The notes beneath the pieces were generated by a model that had not been told where the DNA came from, ran no database searches, and worked only from the letters and a program-made list of their open reading frames with translations. A program made the translations under genes and the position numbers. This document shows positions 10,791 to 20,341 of a stretch of DNA of 45,680 nt, in pieces (the first letter of the stretch is position 1; each line of letters starts with the position of its first letter). This DNA is from Thraustochytrium aureum (taxonomy: Eukaryota): contig BLSG01000391.1 of assembly GCA_012862495.1 (NCBI GenBank), positions 28,388-74,067 on the forward strand. The letters run 5' to 3'.

Positions 10791-11990
10791 CTACCATATC
10801 GCGTGGTGGTCCTCGCAGACCCCAAAGGCGTCCTGGACGCGGACAATGTCGTCCCCGACGCGCACCGTGCCCGAGAATGAGCCGAACGGCTGCACAAAGT
10901 CGCTCAGCACGCCGATGTAGCGCGACCCGGTGTGGTCTTCGCGCAGCCCTGTTGGCTGGAAGACCAGGTCGATTTCGACGCCGGAAGGCGTCGCCGACGA
11001 CGAGCGGATGCGCCACGGCCCGCTCGTGGGCCCTGCGGCGGGCATTTCGATCTCGACGGGGACGTTGAGCGGCGTGACGAGGCCGTCAAGCCACACCGCG
11101 CTTTCGACGGAGGCGCCTGAGGCGACGTCATAGACGAACCGACTGAGGTTGACGCCAAGCCGGACCTTGCGCGATGCACCGCCCGGCGCCTTTGGGCTAA
11201 GTGTGGCCGTGTCTGTGCTGAGAGACACCCACTGCCAGCGCGTCTCGCGCAGGCAGAAGCTCTCAGTCCAGTCGATCGTGGCGGCTCCCGAGGCGAAGCT
11301 GCTGTTTGAGGCGCCTCGCGCGACCCAGCCGCTTGCGGCCATCCCGGCCTCTTTGTGCACGTACGCCGGGCGTGAGGTGTCGTTGCCGAGGGGGTACCAC
11401 AGAGCGAGCGCTTCTTGGCCGCGCTCGATCCTCACGTGAGCCTGGAGGCCCTCGAGGTGGATGACAAAATCCCACCCGCCGCGAGCAAAGCACAGCTCGA
11501 TGCTGTTCGTGCCGGACCCCGTGTAGCGCGTGCACCCGTTCGTCGAGGTGGGTGAAAGCTTGAGCCCGCGTCCCAGCGGCGTCTGCGCGTGGAATTCGAA
11601 CGCCGCGCGGCCCGAGCGCCGGTCGACAGCCTGCAGGTAGACGTCCTCGACGTAGTTGAACTGCACCGGCGTCAGCGCCAGGTACAGGTCCGGGGTCGCC
11701 ACGCTCACATACGACCACATCTTGTGCTGGAAAAACCTCTCTGGAGCGGACCGGTGAGCCGCGAGCGCGCCCAGCTCGTCTGCAGGGACCTTCCACCGTC
11801 CAAACGCAAAGCCGTTCGCGCTGGTGGCCAGCGGCGCTTGGCCCTCGTCAAACCTGTCGCCGCAGAGCCCTGGAAACGCCGTGCACGAGGGCAGCTCCAC
11901 ATTCTCCGCCGGCACGCCCCACAGCACCGCAACCGAAGCAACCGCAAGCGCGGTGGCCGCAACGACAACGCCAAGATAAACCGCGCCCAT
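10791..11990 (-). CDS. DUF2804-family protein with N-terminal signal/TM anchor
   Basis: 399-aa ORF with a hydrophobic N-terminus (VYLGVVVAATALAVASVAVLW). K.WSY, YVHKEAG, ATIDW....RETRWQW, ESAVWLDG, DFVQPFGSFSG and terminal GVCEDHHAIW match my recollection of DUF2804. Confidence 0.75.
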   Translation of the reverse strand: MGAVYLGVVVAATALAVASVAVLWGVPAENVELPSCTAFPGLCGDRFDEGQAPLATSANGFAFGRWKVPADELGALAAHRSAPERFFQHKMWSYVSVATPDLYLALTPVQFNYVEDVYLQAVDRRSGRAAFEFHAQTPLGRGLKLSPTSTNGCTRYTGSGTNSIELCFARGGWDFVIHLEGLQAHVRIERGQEALALWYPLGNDTSRPAYVHKEAGMAASGWVARGASNSSFASGAATIDWTESFCLRETRWQWVSLSTDTATLSPKAPGGASRKVRLGVNLSRFVYDVASGASVESAVWLDGLVTPLNVPVEIEMPAAGPTSGPWRIRSSSATPSGVEIDLVFQPTGLREDHTGSRYIGVLSDFVQPFGSFSGTVRVGDDIVRVQDAFGVCEDHHAIW

Positions 11991-13804
11991 CCTCGTGCGT
12001 CCAGCGCCAGACCGGGCCAGGACAAGGACCAGGACCGCGGCGTCAAAGCCCAGGCCACGGCAGCTTGACGGCAGCCGCTATGTACGTCGATGGCAAGCGA
12101 GTCTGCCCCGGCGTCGAGCACAGGCCGGCGGAAAGCAGGGTGGTGGTAACGAGCAGAGTCGACTCTGCTGTCGAGTAGAGTGAGTACTTCGCCACGAAGG
12201 ATGGCGCCAAGCGATGGCGGAGCCGCGCATCAATCCATCCATCAAGACTCTCAACCCGATCGTTGCTGCAAGCGCCTGCCAGGACCGGATCGGTCAGGGG
12301 CCCTGCGCACGTCGGACGGGGTCCGTCGCGGTTTCGGTTTCGTGTCGTGTTCGGGTTGCCCGACCATGATCAGCTCGCCTGGCAGCGCTGCTCGAGTCGC
12401 CGTCGTGGGCTGGCTTGGCGCTCGTGGGCATGTGGCTGGTCCAAGGCGGCGAGCTGAGAGCGCTCTCGGAGTCCATCCGCGAGCCCGAGCTGGAACGAAC
12501 TTGACTGGTCGGACCTGGACTGAACGACTCCCTCGTCCCGTGCCGTGCGGAGNNNNNNNNNNNNNNNNNNNNNNNNNNNNNNNNNNNNNNNNNNNNNNNN
12601 NNNNNNNNNNNNNNNNNNNNNNNNNNNNNNNNNNNNNNNNNNNNNNNNNNNNNNNNNNNNNNNNNNNNNNNNNNNNNNNNNNNNNNNNNNNNNNNNNNNN
12701 NNNNNNNNCTGAACGACTCCCTCGTCCGTGCCGTGCGGAGCAACCAGCATCCAGCTGCCGCGAACGACATCGCATCCTTCATCGCCGCTGCGTGGCTGCA
12801 AGCGAAGGTTGGCTGGCAGCTGAATCCATAGGCAGGCAGGCCTACCGCTCATCGAGGAAGGGACGCGGTTGTTTTCCGAGACGGCGGGCGACCGAAAAAA
12901 GGATTCGGCGGCAACGTGCTGGCGCTCGCTCACTGCCGAGGACGCCGAGGAGCTGCCCCTAGAGGGCAAGACAAGGTCGTTGCTATTCGCTTGAGAAAGT
13001 TGCGACTTGCTCGTCGGATGTGCCGTGGGCCTGGGTCTGGCCCTCATCGGTCGAGGTCGAGACAGTCTGCCGCGAGGAGCGAACGAATGGCCCAGCTTCG
13101 ACATGTGTAACGCCCATGGAGCGGCGTTTCGGCGAGCGGGTTCGGCACCGCGTGGCTGCTGCGCGTTTTTCTTTCTTTGGAGGGCGTTCACAATGGCGAT
13201 GTAGTGGGCAGGACGCGACCCACCGAGGCTGGGCTGGCTGGGTCGAGGTGTCGGGCCGTGCAGGGCGAGCACGACGTTGACTCTGAATGCAAGCAACAGC
13301 GATTGGGCTCGAAGATCTCGCACGCGCGGCAAATGCACCTACCTTTTGGCGCATTCAGCGGCCAAGCTAGCGGTCGTGGCTGCAAGAGGGAAATTGGCGG
13401 ACCGAACGCAGATGTGTTGGATTCAAAAAACGTTGAGCGCGCCGTGAACGCGCAGGTTGAGCAATCCGGTTCAAAAGACCCCACACCGCGGGACGCGAAC
13501 GTCGCATTAGCTACAGAAGAGCTACTCTCCACTCGAGCTGCTAGCTCCAGCTAGAGGTCGAGATCTATAGAGAGAGCTTCTGGCTGGCTGGCTGGCTAGC
13601 TAGAGAGATCGCAGTACGTTTGGGACTGTTGTCGAACAATTGATTCGAGGACCCCAGACGTGCACGGCACGGCGCCAGGACGGCAGCGTACGCCCGCCAG
13701 CCAGGGACCCAACAAAACCACAACATCGAGCTCTCCAGAAAGCAAAACACCAACGAGAACCTCAGCAAACCGACAAGCGGCAAGCGCAACTCGTTGGCAG
13801 CAAG

Positions 13805-15280
13805 ATGGCGCCTCCAATGCAGCGCTGGGCCTCGAGCGGGCGGGTGCTCCCGAGCAAGCAGGAGAACGACGAAGTCTCTCCCCCGCAAGAGGTCGCCAAG
13901 CCAGAGCCCGTCAACGACGAGAGCGGCGCAGCGCGCGACAACCGATGGCTCGTCCTGGTCGTGTTTTGCGCGTCAAATCTACTCGTGTCCCTCAACGGGT
14001 TCCTATACCCGCCGATCGCAGAGACCTTCATGGAGCTCTACGGCGTGTCGGCCAACGAAATCAACCTGATCAGCATCGTATCCCTGGTTGCGCCCTTTGT
14101 GCTCTTCTTCCCTGCGATGCGATTCGTGGACAAGCGCCCCACAATCGAGCAGGCCTACTACATTGGCATGAGCGCCAACATGATTTGCTCGTGGATCAGG
14201 TACGTGGTGCCGCCGCAAGGGCAGACGGGGTTCATTACTGCAATCGTGACCCAGGCCTTCATCAGCCTCACCCACCCGTTTCTGATCGTCCTCCCGCCCA
14301 GGCTCTCCGCGCTGTACTTTGGACTTGGGCAGCGCACGATGGCGACAAGCCTCGGGACGATCTGCGGGCTTCTCGGGCTGGGCATCGGCATGATCCTCTC
14401 GCCGCTCTTCGAGAACGACGTGCCAGGCTTGTTCCTGCTGCAGGCGACTGCGAGCAGCGTGCCGCTCGTAGCCTCCCTCCTCGTGCTTGACCCGAGGCTC
14501 GCGCTGCCGCGGCGCTGGCGGTGCGGGTACGTCGCCGAGGCCGAAAAGAACGCCGCCGCGCTCGAGGCCGCCGACGCGCCGACGCAAGAGCCCTTTTGTG
14601 CCACGCTCGGCCGGGTTATGCGGGACTGGGCCTTTGTCCGGCTCCTCCTCGTGGTCGGCTTTGGTGTGGGCACGGTCCAGACGTGGATCGTCCTGGTGCA
14701 GCAGGCCTCGCAGCCTTCGTTCCACTCGTCGTCGGCGACCATGGCGATTGCCGCGAGTTTCTTCTGCACCGGGATTCTCGGCGCCGTTCTGACTGGCGCA
14801 GCCTGCGATCGGCTCGGCGACGTGGTGCGCGTCGGGCGCATCATCCTGCTGCTGGCGTTCGGGCCAGTCACCGTGGCCATGGTGGGATGGTATTTGGACA
14901 TCGCCATCGCTGTGTACATCGGGTTCGGGCTCACGGGGCTCTTCGGGTTCGGGCTGCTGCCGCTCGCTGTGGAGCTCGGCGTCGAGTACACATACAAGGA
15001 GGGAACGGCGAGCGAAGGCACGGTTTGCGGCTTGGTCAACATGGTCATGAACATCTTCGCCTCGGTCCTCATCATGCTGTCCACCCCGGGCAACCTCTTT
15101 ACGCCAAAGACGGTGCCGCTGTTCTGGGAGGCAATGTTTGTGCTCACCGTGGTGCTCTTTTTCACGCTGCCCAAGCGATACCAGCGGCGGGCCAGCCTTT
15201 TGCGACAAGCGAGCGCCGCGGAGGCGTCCATCACGCTAGCGACGAGTTGCGCTGCGGAGGCGGCGCTGGCGGTGGTGTAG
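13805..15280 (+). CDS. MFS transporter, FLVCR/SLC49-like
   Basis: About 12 hydrophobic segments. RWLVLVVF, YPPIAE..ELYGVS..INLIS, PPRLSALYFG..QRTMATSLG and ELGVEYTY..SEGT resemble the FLVCR family. First ATG of the ORF is at 13805. Confidence 0.85.
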   Translation: MAPPMQRWASSGRVLPSKQENDEVSPPQEVAKPEPVNDESGAARDNRWLVLVVFCASNLLVSLNGFLYPPIAETFMELYGVSANEINLISIVSLVAPFVLFFPAMRFVDKRPTIEQAYYIGMSANMICSWIRYVVPPQGQTGFITAIVTQAFISLTHPFLIVLPPRLSALYFGLGQRTMATSLGTICGLLGLGIGMILSPLFENDVPGLFLLQATASSVPLVASLLVLDPRLALPRRWRCGYVAEAEKNAAALEAADAPTQEPFCATLGRVMRDWAFVRLLLVVGFGVGTVQTWIVLVQQASQPSFHSSSATMAIAASFFCTGILGAVLTGAACDRLGDVVRVGRIILLLAFGPVTVAMVGWYLDIAIAVYIGFGLTGLFGFGLLPLAVELGVEYTYKEGTASEGTVCGLVNMVMNIFASVLIMLSTPGNLFTPKTVPLFWEAMFVLTVVLFFTLPKRYQRRASLLRQASAAEASITLATSCAAEAALAVV

Positions 15281-15381
15281 ATATGCGATCAAGAAAGCTC
15301 AACTCAGGCTATTTACTTGTTAATTCACTGCGCAACGGCATCGAGGCAGGCCGCGGAGGTCGGGCGCGAGGCGGCCAGCGT

Positions 15382-18300
15382 TCAGCGACGGCTCTTCATT
15401 GACCGCTTGCTGCCCTTGCCCCCCTTGCCGCCCTTGCCAGACTTGGCGTCCTTTCTACGCGAGTCGGCCTTCATGCGGCGGTCCACGACCTTGACGTTTT
15501 TGCCCGAGACGCGCTGGCCGCCCTTCTTGGCCACGACGTACGTCTTGCTGGGCTTGGTGACCTGCGCCTTCTTGTAGAGCTTGGAGATGGCGCGCATCTT
15601 GCTGCCCGTGTTGAGGTCGGGCTGGTCCACCAGCGCGTTGGCCTGCTTCTTGATCTTCTCGACCTTGCTGGCGAGGCGCTGGCGCTTGCGCGCGCGCGCC
15701 TCCGCGGCCTTCTTGATGGGGCGGCCCGCCAAGTCCTTGAAGCGGGCGCGGGCCGCTTCGACCATCTCCTTGGTGATCGGCAGCTGCGGCCGGTAGTGGC
15801 GCGCCTCGTCCTTGGCAAACCAGTCAGGCACGCCGTCGTCGTCGTTGAAGGCCCAGCGGTGATAGCCCGCGTCCAGGAGCTTGCGCCGCTTGCTCTTCTT
15901 CACCATCAACGAGCCAAGCGCCAGCATCTCTGCGCGCGTGTCGTCGTCGTCGTCTTCCGAGTTGTACGCGTAGGGGTCGTCCTCCTCGTCCTCCCCAGAT
16001 TCGGAGTCCGAGTCGGCTTGCAACTTGCGCTTATTGTCGGACTTGACGACCTGGAACCCTTCCGCCTCGTCCAGCTCGCCTGCGCCGGCGCCCATGCCCT
16101 CCCGGATCATCTTGGCCCACTTGGAGTTCGAAGAGAGCTTTTTGCCTGCGCCGCCCTCGGCGAGCTCGTCCGGGTCTTGTCCGTCGGCGGAAGCCGCGGC
16201 GCGGCGCCGGAGCTCGACCGGGTCGAAGGCGCCCTCCTCGCCGGAGACCATCTCGAACCCTTCCAGGCCTGCCTCCATGTTGAGCGACTTGGCCTCCTTG
16301 AGAGCTTTGGCCTTTCGCTTTTCGGCCTTGACCTCGTTGCGGCGAGCGAGCTTGAGGCGCTTCTCGTGCCGCTTGGCCTTGTCGGTTCGCTCTGACGGGA
16401 GGGGCATCTCGCCATTTTCCTCGTCGCTGTCAGAGTTTTCGTCCTCGTCGCTTTCTTCGCCGATTGCGTCGCTCATCTCCAGTTCGCCGTCCTCATCGTC
16501 GTCCTCGTCCTCGTTTCCGCCTTCGTCGCTGGACACCTCGGCGCCCTCGAAAAGGGGCTGGCTGAACCAGCGGTCGGCGCGCTTATCGTCTGCCTTGTTG
16601 GACCCCTGCTTTGCGAGAAGCGCCACGTCGGCGAGGCGCTCCTCGTCCTCCTCCTCGTCCTCCTCCTCCTGTTCGTCGTCTTCACCGTCGCTGCCGTCCT
16701 CGTCGTCGCTCTCCTTGAGAAGCTCGTCGTACGCGCCGCCTGCGAGGGCTCGCGACTCCTCGGCTTCGAGGGCGTCGGCCATGTCGTGCGCGGTGAGCGC
16801 CTCCAACGTACGCTTCTTCATCTTGGCCTTCTTTTCGGCGGCGAGCTTTTGGCGCCGCTCGCGAACGGAGAGGGGCTCGAGCTCCTCCTCCTTCGAGGCG
16901 CGCGAGGTGTGGTACGCGTTTGCCTCGTCCTCCAGCTCTGCGAGGCGCTTGAGCTTGGCGGCTTCGCCGTCGAGCTCCTCGTCGCTCGAGCTCGACTCGT
17001 CTGGGCTTTCCTCGTCCGAGCTCTCGAGGCCGTTGATGTCATCTCCGTCCTGGAGCGCGCCGAGTTCCTTGACGCTTTTCACTCCCAAGTCTTTAGAGCT
17101 GAACGGGCCATGATCTTTGCTCAGATCGATGGCAAAGTCGTTCTCCATGCCGAGGTCGATGCGGCGCTGCAGCTTGGCGCGCTCGCGGCGCTTGCGCTTG
17201 ATCTCGCGCTTCTTGCGGCGGCGCTCTTCCTCGGTGAGCTTGGCGAGCTCCTCTTCGAGATCTTCCATGGCGTCGCTGCCACTCTCGCTACCGCTGTCCT
17301 CGGCAGCGTCCTCGCCTTCTTCCGCAGAGCTCTCGTCGAGGTCCTCGCCCTCCTCGCCCTCCTCGCCACCAGCGGCCTTGCGTTCGGCGGCGGCGGCTTC
17401 GCGCTGCGCTTTAATAAAGGCCTTGATGGTCGTGCGCCAACGCAGCACGAGGCGCAGCTCGGCGTTGCCGAGCACCTTGAGGTCGCCCAGGCACTGTTTC
17501 ACCTCCTCTGTGGTTGACTTGTGCTCGAGGAGCCATTGGCAGTCGTCGTCCTTGAAGTGGATCTCGTTGGCGGCGGCGAGCATCTGCATGGGCTCATCCG
17601 TCTTGATAAAGTTGGAGGCGGACTGGGACCGATGCATGGTCTGCCCCAGAGCCGTGTCGTAGCCGGCGCGGTTCTTCTTGTCCTTGTTCTTGTTGTGGAA
17701 GAGCTGGCTCACAGCAGAGGCTTCGGAGGTTTTGGGCGTGGCGTCGATGTGGTCCAGCACGTGCTTTGGGTCGAGCAGGCGGGGATCGACCTTGTGCGGG
17801 GCGAGGAATCCGCGGCACACCACGAAGATCTCGGCAGAAACGTTGCGCGAGGAGGCCGGCTTGGTGGCCTCGACCTTTTTGAACAGCTGCTGGAAGGACC
17901 ACATCAGCGCGTTGTAGTCGGCCGAGCGGAACACCTTGGTCACAAAGTTGCCGCCGCGCACGAGGTGGTCGCACGCAAACCTGAGCGCGTGGACCGTGAG
18001 CTCGTTCTGCACGAAGGCGTCCTTGTTGTAGTCGGCGCCGACGTTGGGCGCACCGTCGCAGAGAACCAGCTCGGCCTTCTGGCCCTTGAGCTCCTTGCGG
18101 ATCAGCGCGCGGCACTGCTGCGAGGTGATGTCGCTTTGGAACGTGACGCAGCCGCGAATGGGCTTGATGGGCATCAAGTCCACGCCAATGATCTGCGTCT
18201 CGGGCGTCTTTTGCATCGTGTTGACGCAAACCTGGAGCCATCCTCCGGGCGCCGCGCACAGGTCGATCACGCGTTTGGTCTTGCTCAGCAGATCATACTT

Positions 18301-18402
18301 GCGGTTCAGCTGCACGAGCTTGAAACTACTTCTCGCGCGGTACCCCTGCTCCTTGGCGAGCGTGTAGTACTTGTCGCGCACGGCCTGCTTTTTGCGCCCC
18401 AT
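15382..18402 (-). CDS. SPB1: AdoMet-dependent pre-rRNA 2'-O-methyltransferase Spb1/FTSJ3
   Basis: MGRKK...RDKYYTLAKEQGYRARSSFKLVQLN, IDLCAAPGGW, LCDGAPNVG, TKVFRS and SRNVSAEIFVVC give the FtsJ K-D-K-E tetrad. An acidic middle region and the Spb1 C-terminal motifs PDWF..DE.RH and RPIKKAAEARARK follow. Confidence 0.97.
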   Translation of the reverse strand: MGRKKQAVRDKYYTLAKEQGYRARSSFKLVQLNRKYDLLSKTKRVIDLCAAPGGWLQVCVNTMQKTPETQIIGVDLMPIKPIRGCVTFQSDITSQQCRALIRKELKGQKAELVLCDGAPNVGADYNKDAFVQNELTVHALRFACDHLVRGGNFVTKVFRSADYNALMWSFQQLFKKVEATKPASSRNVSAEIFVVCRGFLAPHKVDPRLLDPKHVLDHIDATPKTSEASAVSQLFHNKNKDKKNRAGYDTALGQTMHRSQSASNFIKTDEPMQMLAAANEIHFKDDDCQWLLEHKSTTEEVKQCLGDLKVLGNAELRLVLRWRTTIKAFIKAQREAAAAERKAAGGEEGEEGEDLDESSAEEGEDAAEDSGSESGSDAMEDLEEELAKLTEEERRRKKREIKRKRRERAKLQRRIDLGMENDFAIDLSKDHGPFSSKDLGVKSVKELGALQDGDDINGLESSDEESPDESSSSDEELDGEAAKLKRLAELEDEANAYHTSRASKEEELEPLSVRERRQKLAAEKKAKMKKRTLEALTAHDMADALEAEESRALAGGAYDELLKESDDEDGSDGEDDEQEEEDEEEDEERLADVALLAKQGSNKADDKRADRWFSQPLFEGAEVSSDEGGNEDEDDDEDGELEMSDAIGEESDEDENSDSDEENGEMPLPSERTDKAKRHEKRLKLARRNEVKAEKRKAKALKEAKSLNMEAGLEGFEMVSGEEGAFDPVELRRRAAASADGQDPDELAEGGAGKKLSSNSKWAKMIREGMGAGAGELDEAEGFQVVKSDNKRKLQADSDSESGEDEEDDPYAYNSEDDDDDTRAEMLALGSLMVKKSKRRKLLDAGYHRWAFNDDDGVPDWFAKDEARHYRPQLPITKEMVEAARARFKDLAGRPIKKAAEARARKRQRLASKVEKIKKQANALVDQPDLNTGSKMRAISKLYKKAQVTKPSKTYVVAKKGGQRVSGKNVKVVDRRMKADSRRKDAKSGKGGKGGKGSKRSMKSRR

Positions 18403-19033
18403 CTCGCCAGGCGCGACCTCGCCGCGTTCGAGCCCGACACCAAAGACCGCGTCCTGCAAGCGAGCCTCCGGCCCGTCCTGCTCCTCGCTCTGTCCCTCTG
18501 CGGCGGCTCCTGCGCGCGCGAAACCGACTCTGCCGGCGCCCACTCCCTCTCTCCTTGCTCGCTCCCCAGCGCCAGCCTTTCCGCTCGACGATGCGCCTGT
18601 TCTACGATGCACCTCCAGTCGCCCACGCCACGTCATTGTGGGGGCTTGATGACGTGCGCGAGACGCGGCCCCGACGACAGCTCGCGAGGCACTTGCATCA
18701 GCCAGGATTCATTCTGATGGTTGACCATCAACTTGACGACGATCGATTGCTTGTAGGCTATCACTCGTGGCGCGGCGATCACGCGTGGCGCGATACACCA
18801 GCGTGGAGTATACCCATACCAGCGCGCCAGCGCCTCTTGTTGCGTCACGTTCAAGTGGTGAGATTGGCCGGGAGGGCGATTGTGCGGGTGGTTTGGCCGA
18901 GTCTGATTTCCATAGAGTGCGCTCCGTCGATAAAAAGGAACGTTGATACTGATGTAAGGTTGAGGGGCAATTTTGGCGCGGGTGCCAAGCAGGTGCAGCG
19001 GCGCTCTGGCAGGGCCCAAACCAGCGCGCGAGA

Positions 19034-19672
19034 ATGGGATGGGTCGCAGCGGCGGTGGGCAGCGCCGTGGGCGTGGCGCTTGCGGCGAATGTGGCTCTGG
19101 TCCTTTCGGCTGTGCCGGCAGTGACAGGACGCGGCGCGCCGTACATGCCCACGCTGCGGCGCGCGCTGGTCGCGGTGTTCGAACGCGCGCTGCCGGAGCT
19201 CGTGGAGGCCCCTGCCAAGGCCGCCGCGCGCGGCGCTGCGCCGCCGCTTGTGGTGGACCTGGGGAGCGGGGATGGGCGAGTCGTCATCGAGGCGGCCAGG
19301 AAGGGGTATCGGGCCGTTGGGTACGAGATCAACCCGATGCTGGTTGCGGTCTCGTGGGTCTGGGCGGCGGTCGACCAGAACGTTGCGCCCCTGCTGGGCA
19401 AGTCTGGGCGCGCATGGGCGCCCTCGGGGAGCGCGCGCTTTTACTGCAGGGACTTGTGGGGCTTGGACCTGTCGGAGGCGGACGTCGTGTTTGTGTACGG
19501 GCTGTCGCCCATCATGGACAGACTGAGCCTCAAGCTCCTTGAAGAAGCCCCGGACGCGGTCGTCGTGAGCAACGTGTTCGAGCTCAACGCAAACCAGTGG
19601 ACCAAGGTGTACTCTTTGGAGGAGGCGCACTTTTACAGGCGGCGGGGCGCCGTCTCACTGGCTCAAAAGTAA
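19034..19672 (+). CDS. Class I SAM-dependent methyltransferase, FAM173/ATPSCKMT-like, with N-terminal TM helix
   Basis: Hydrophobic N-terminus, then [32 protein letters not shown] and [11 protein letters not shown]...IM..L..KL. Confidence 0.8.
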   Translation: MGWVAAAVGSAVGVALAANVALVLSAVPAVTGRGAPYMPTLRRALVAVFERALPELVEAPAKAAARGAAPPLVVDLGSGDGRVVIEAARKGYRAVGYEINPMLVAVSWVWAAVDQNVAPLLGKSGRAWAPSGSARFYCRDLWGLDLSEADVVFVYGLSPIMDRLSLKLLEEAPDAVVVSNVFELNANQWTKVYSLEEAHFYRRRGAVSLAQK

Positions 19673-19687
19673 AACCCGTGCCCGCTC

Positions 19688-19727
19688 GCACAAGAGGTGG
19701 CACAAGAGGTGGCACGAGAGGTGGCAC
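19688..19727. repeat. 12-bp tandem repeat x3.3 (gcacaagaggtg)
   Basis: gcacaagaggtg gcacaagaggtg gcacgagaggtg gcac, just 3' of the methyltransferase stop. Confidence 0.85.
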
Positions 19728-19999
19728 GGCGCTGGCTGGATCGCTTTTTTTGAGGCGTGTTTGGTTACTCTTTTGATCTCTGGCTACTACCAAGTTGAGA
19801 ATGGAAAAGGAAATGAAAGGCTTGTGGTTGTTCGATGTCGGTGCGATGCGTCACCTTGTTTGCGTGAACCCAACACCGAGCGACCTGCGGGAAGCAGAAA
19901 AAAAAACAGACTGCGTCACACCTCCCCTGAGCAGTGCTCCTTCATGGGACAAGCGATGGCACTGCCATTCTGGCCTTTCCAGGCAGGCGTTGTGGACGG

Positions 20000-20007
20000 A
20001 AAAAAAA
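20000..20007 (-). terminator. RNA polymerase III oligo-dT terminator of the tRNA
   Basis: A T8 run on the minus strand begins 5 nt after the tRNA discriminator base. Confidence 0.7.
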
Positions 20008-20012
20008 GAGAG

Positions 20013-20093
20013 TACGGCGAACGGGACTCGAACCCGCGAGGATGACTCCACTGCGACCTGAACACAGCGCCTTAACCGCTCGGCCATCGCCGC
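20013..20093 (-). tRNA. tRNA-Leu(CAG), intronless, class II
   Basis: Minus strand folds as GCGGCGA-TG-GCC GAGCGGTTAA GGC-G-CTGTG TT CAG GT CGCAG-T GGA GTCA TCC TC-GCGGG TTCGAGT CCCGT-TCGCCGT-A. It has a long variable arm, A73, U33 and G37, and no encoded CCA. Confidence 0.95.
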
Positions 20094-20204
20094 ATTCTGT
20101 CTCAGCAAGTCGCGGCTCTACGTATACACATCGTTTGATCGTTTGGACAAGGCCGACATTCGAGTTCGTGCGCACTTGCATCATCATGGCAGAGAATCAC
20201 AAGA

Positions 20205-20240
20205 TCAGAACAGAATTCAGAACAGAATTCAGAACAGATT
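20205..20240. repeat. 12-bp tandem repeat x3 (tcagaacagaat)
   Basis: tcagaacagaat tcagaacagaat tcagaacagatt, between the flavohemoglobin stop and the tRNA. Confidence 0.85.
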
Positions 20241-20341
20241 CATTCCCCTACCGGTACATGCAAGCCAGTTTGCAGACATAACAATTGATTGGTTGCTCTT
20301 CATTCGATCAACAAACTAAAACGCGCGAGCTGGCAGCAGTC

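Noticed and set aside
12180..13554. ORFs in the spacer between the DUF2804 and MFS genes
   Set aside because: No recognisable motifs or consistent codon bias; treated as divergent intergenic DNA.
14003..18717. Long antisense or alternative-frame ORFs over the MFS and SPB1 genes (and similar ones over EPG5 and flavohemoglobin)
   Set aside because: These are shadow ORFs expected from high GC3 codon bias, with low-complexity Arg/Ala/Ser translations.
20013..20093. CUG codon reassignment via a Ser- or Ala-type tRNA(CAG)
   Set aside because: Identity elements are ordinary Leu (A73, U33, G3:C70 rather than G3:U70), and CTG codons fall at conserved Leu positions in the proteins.
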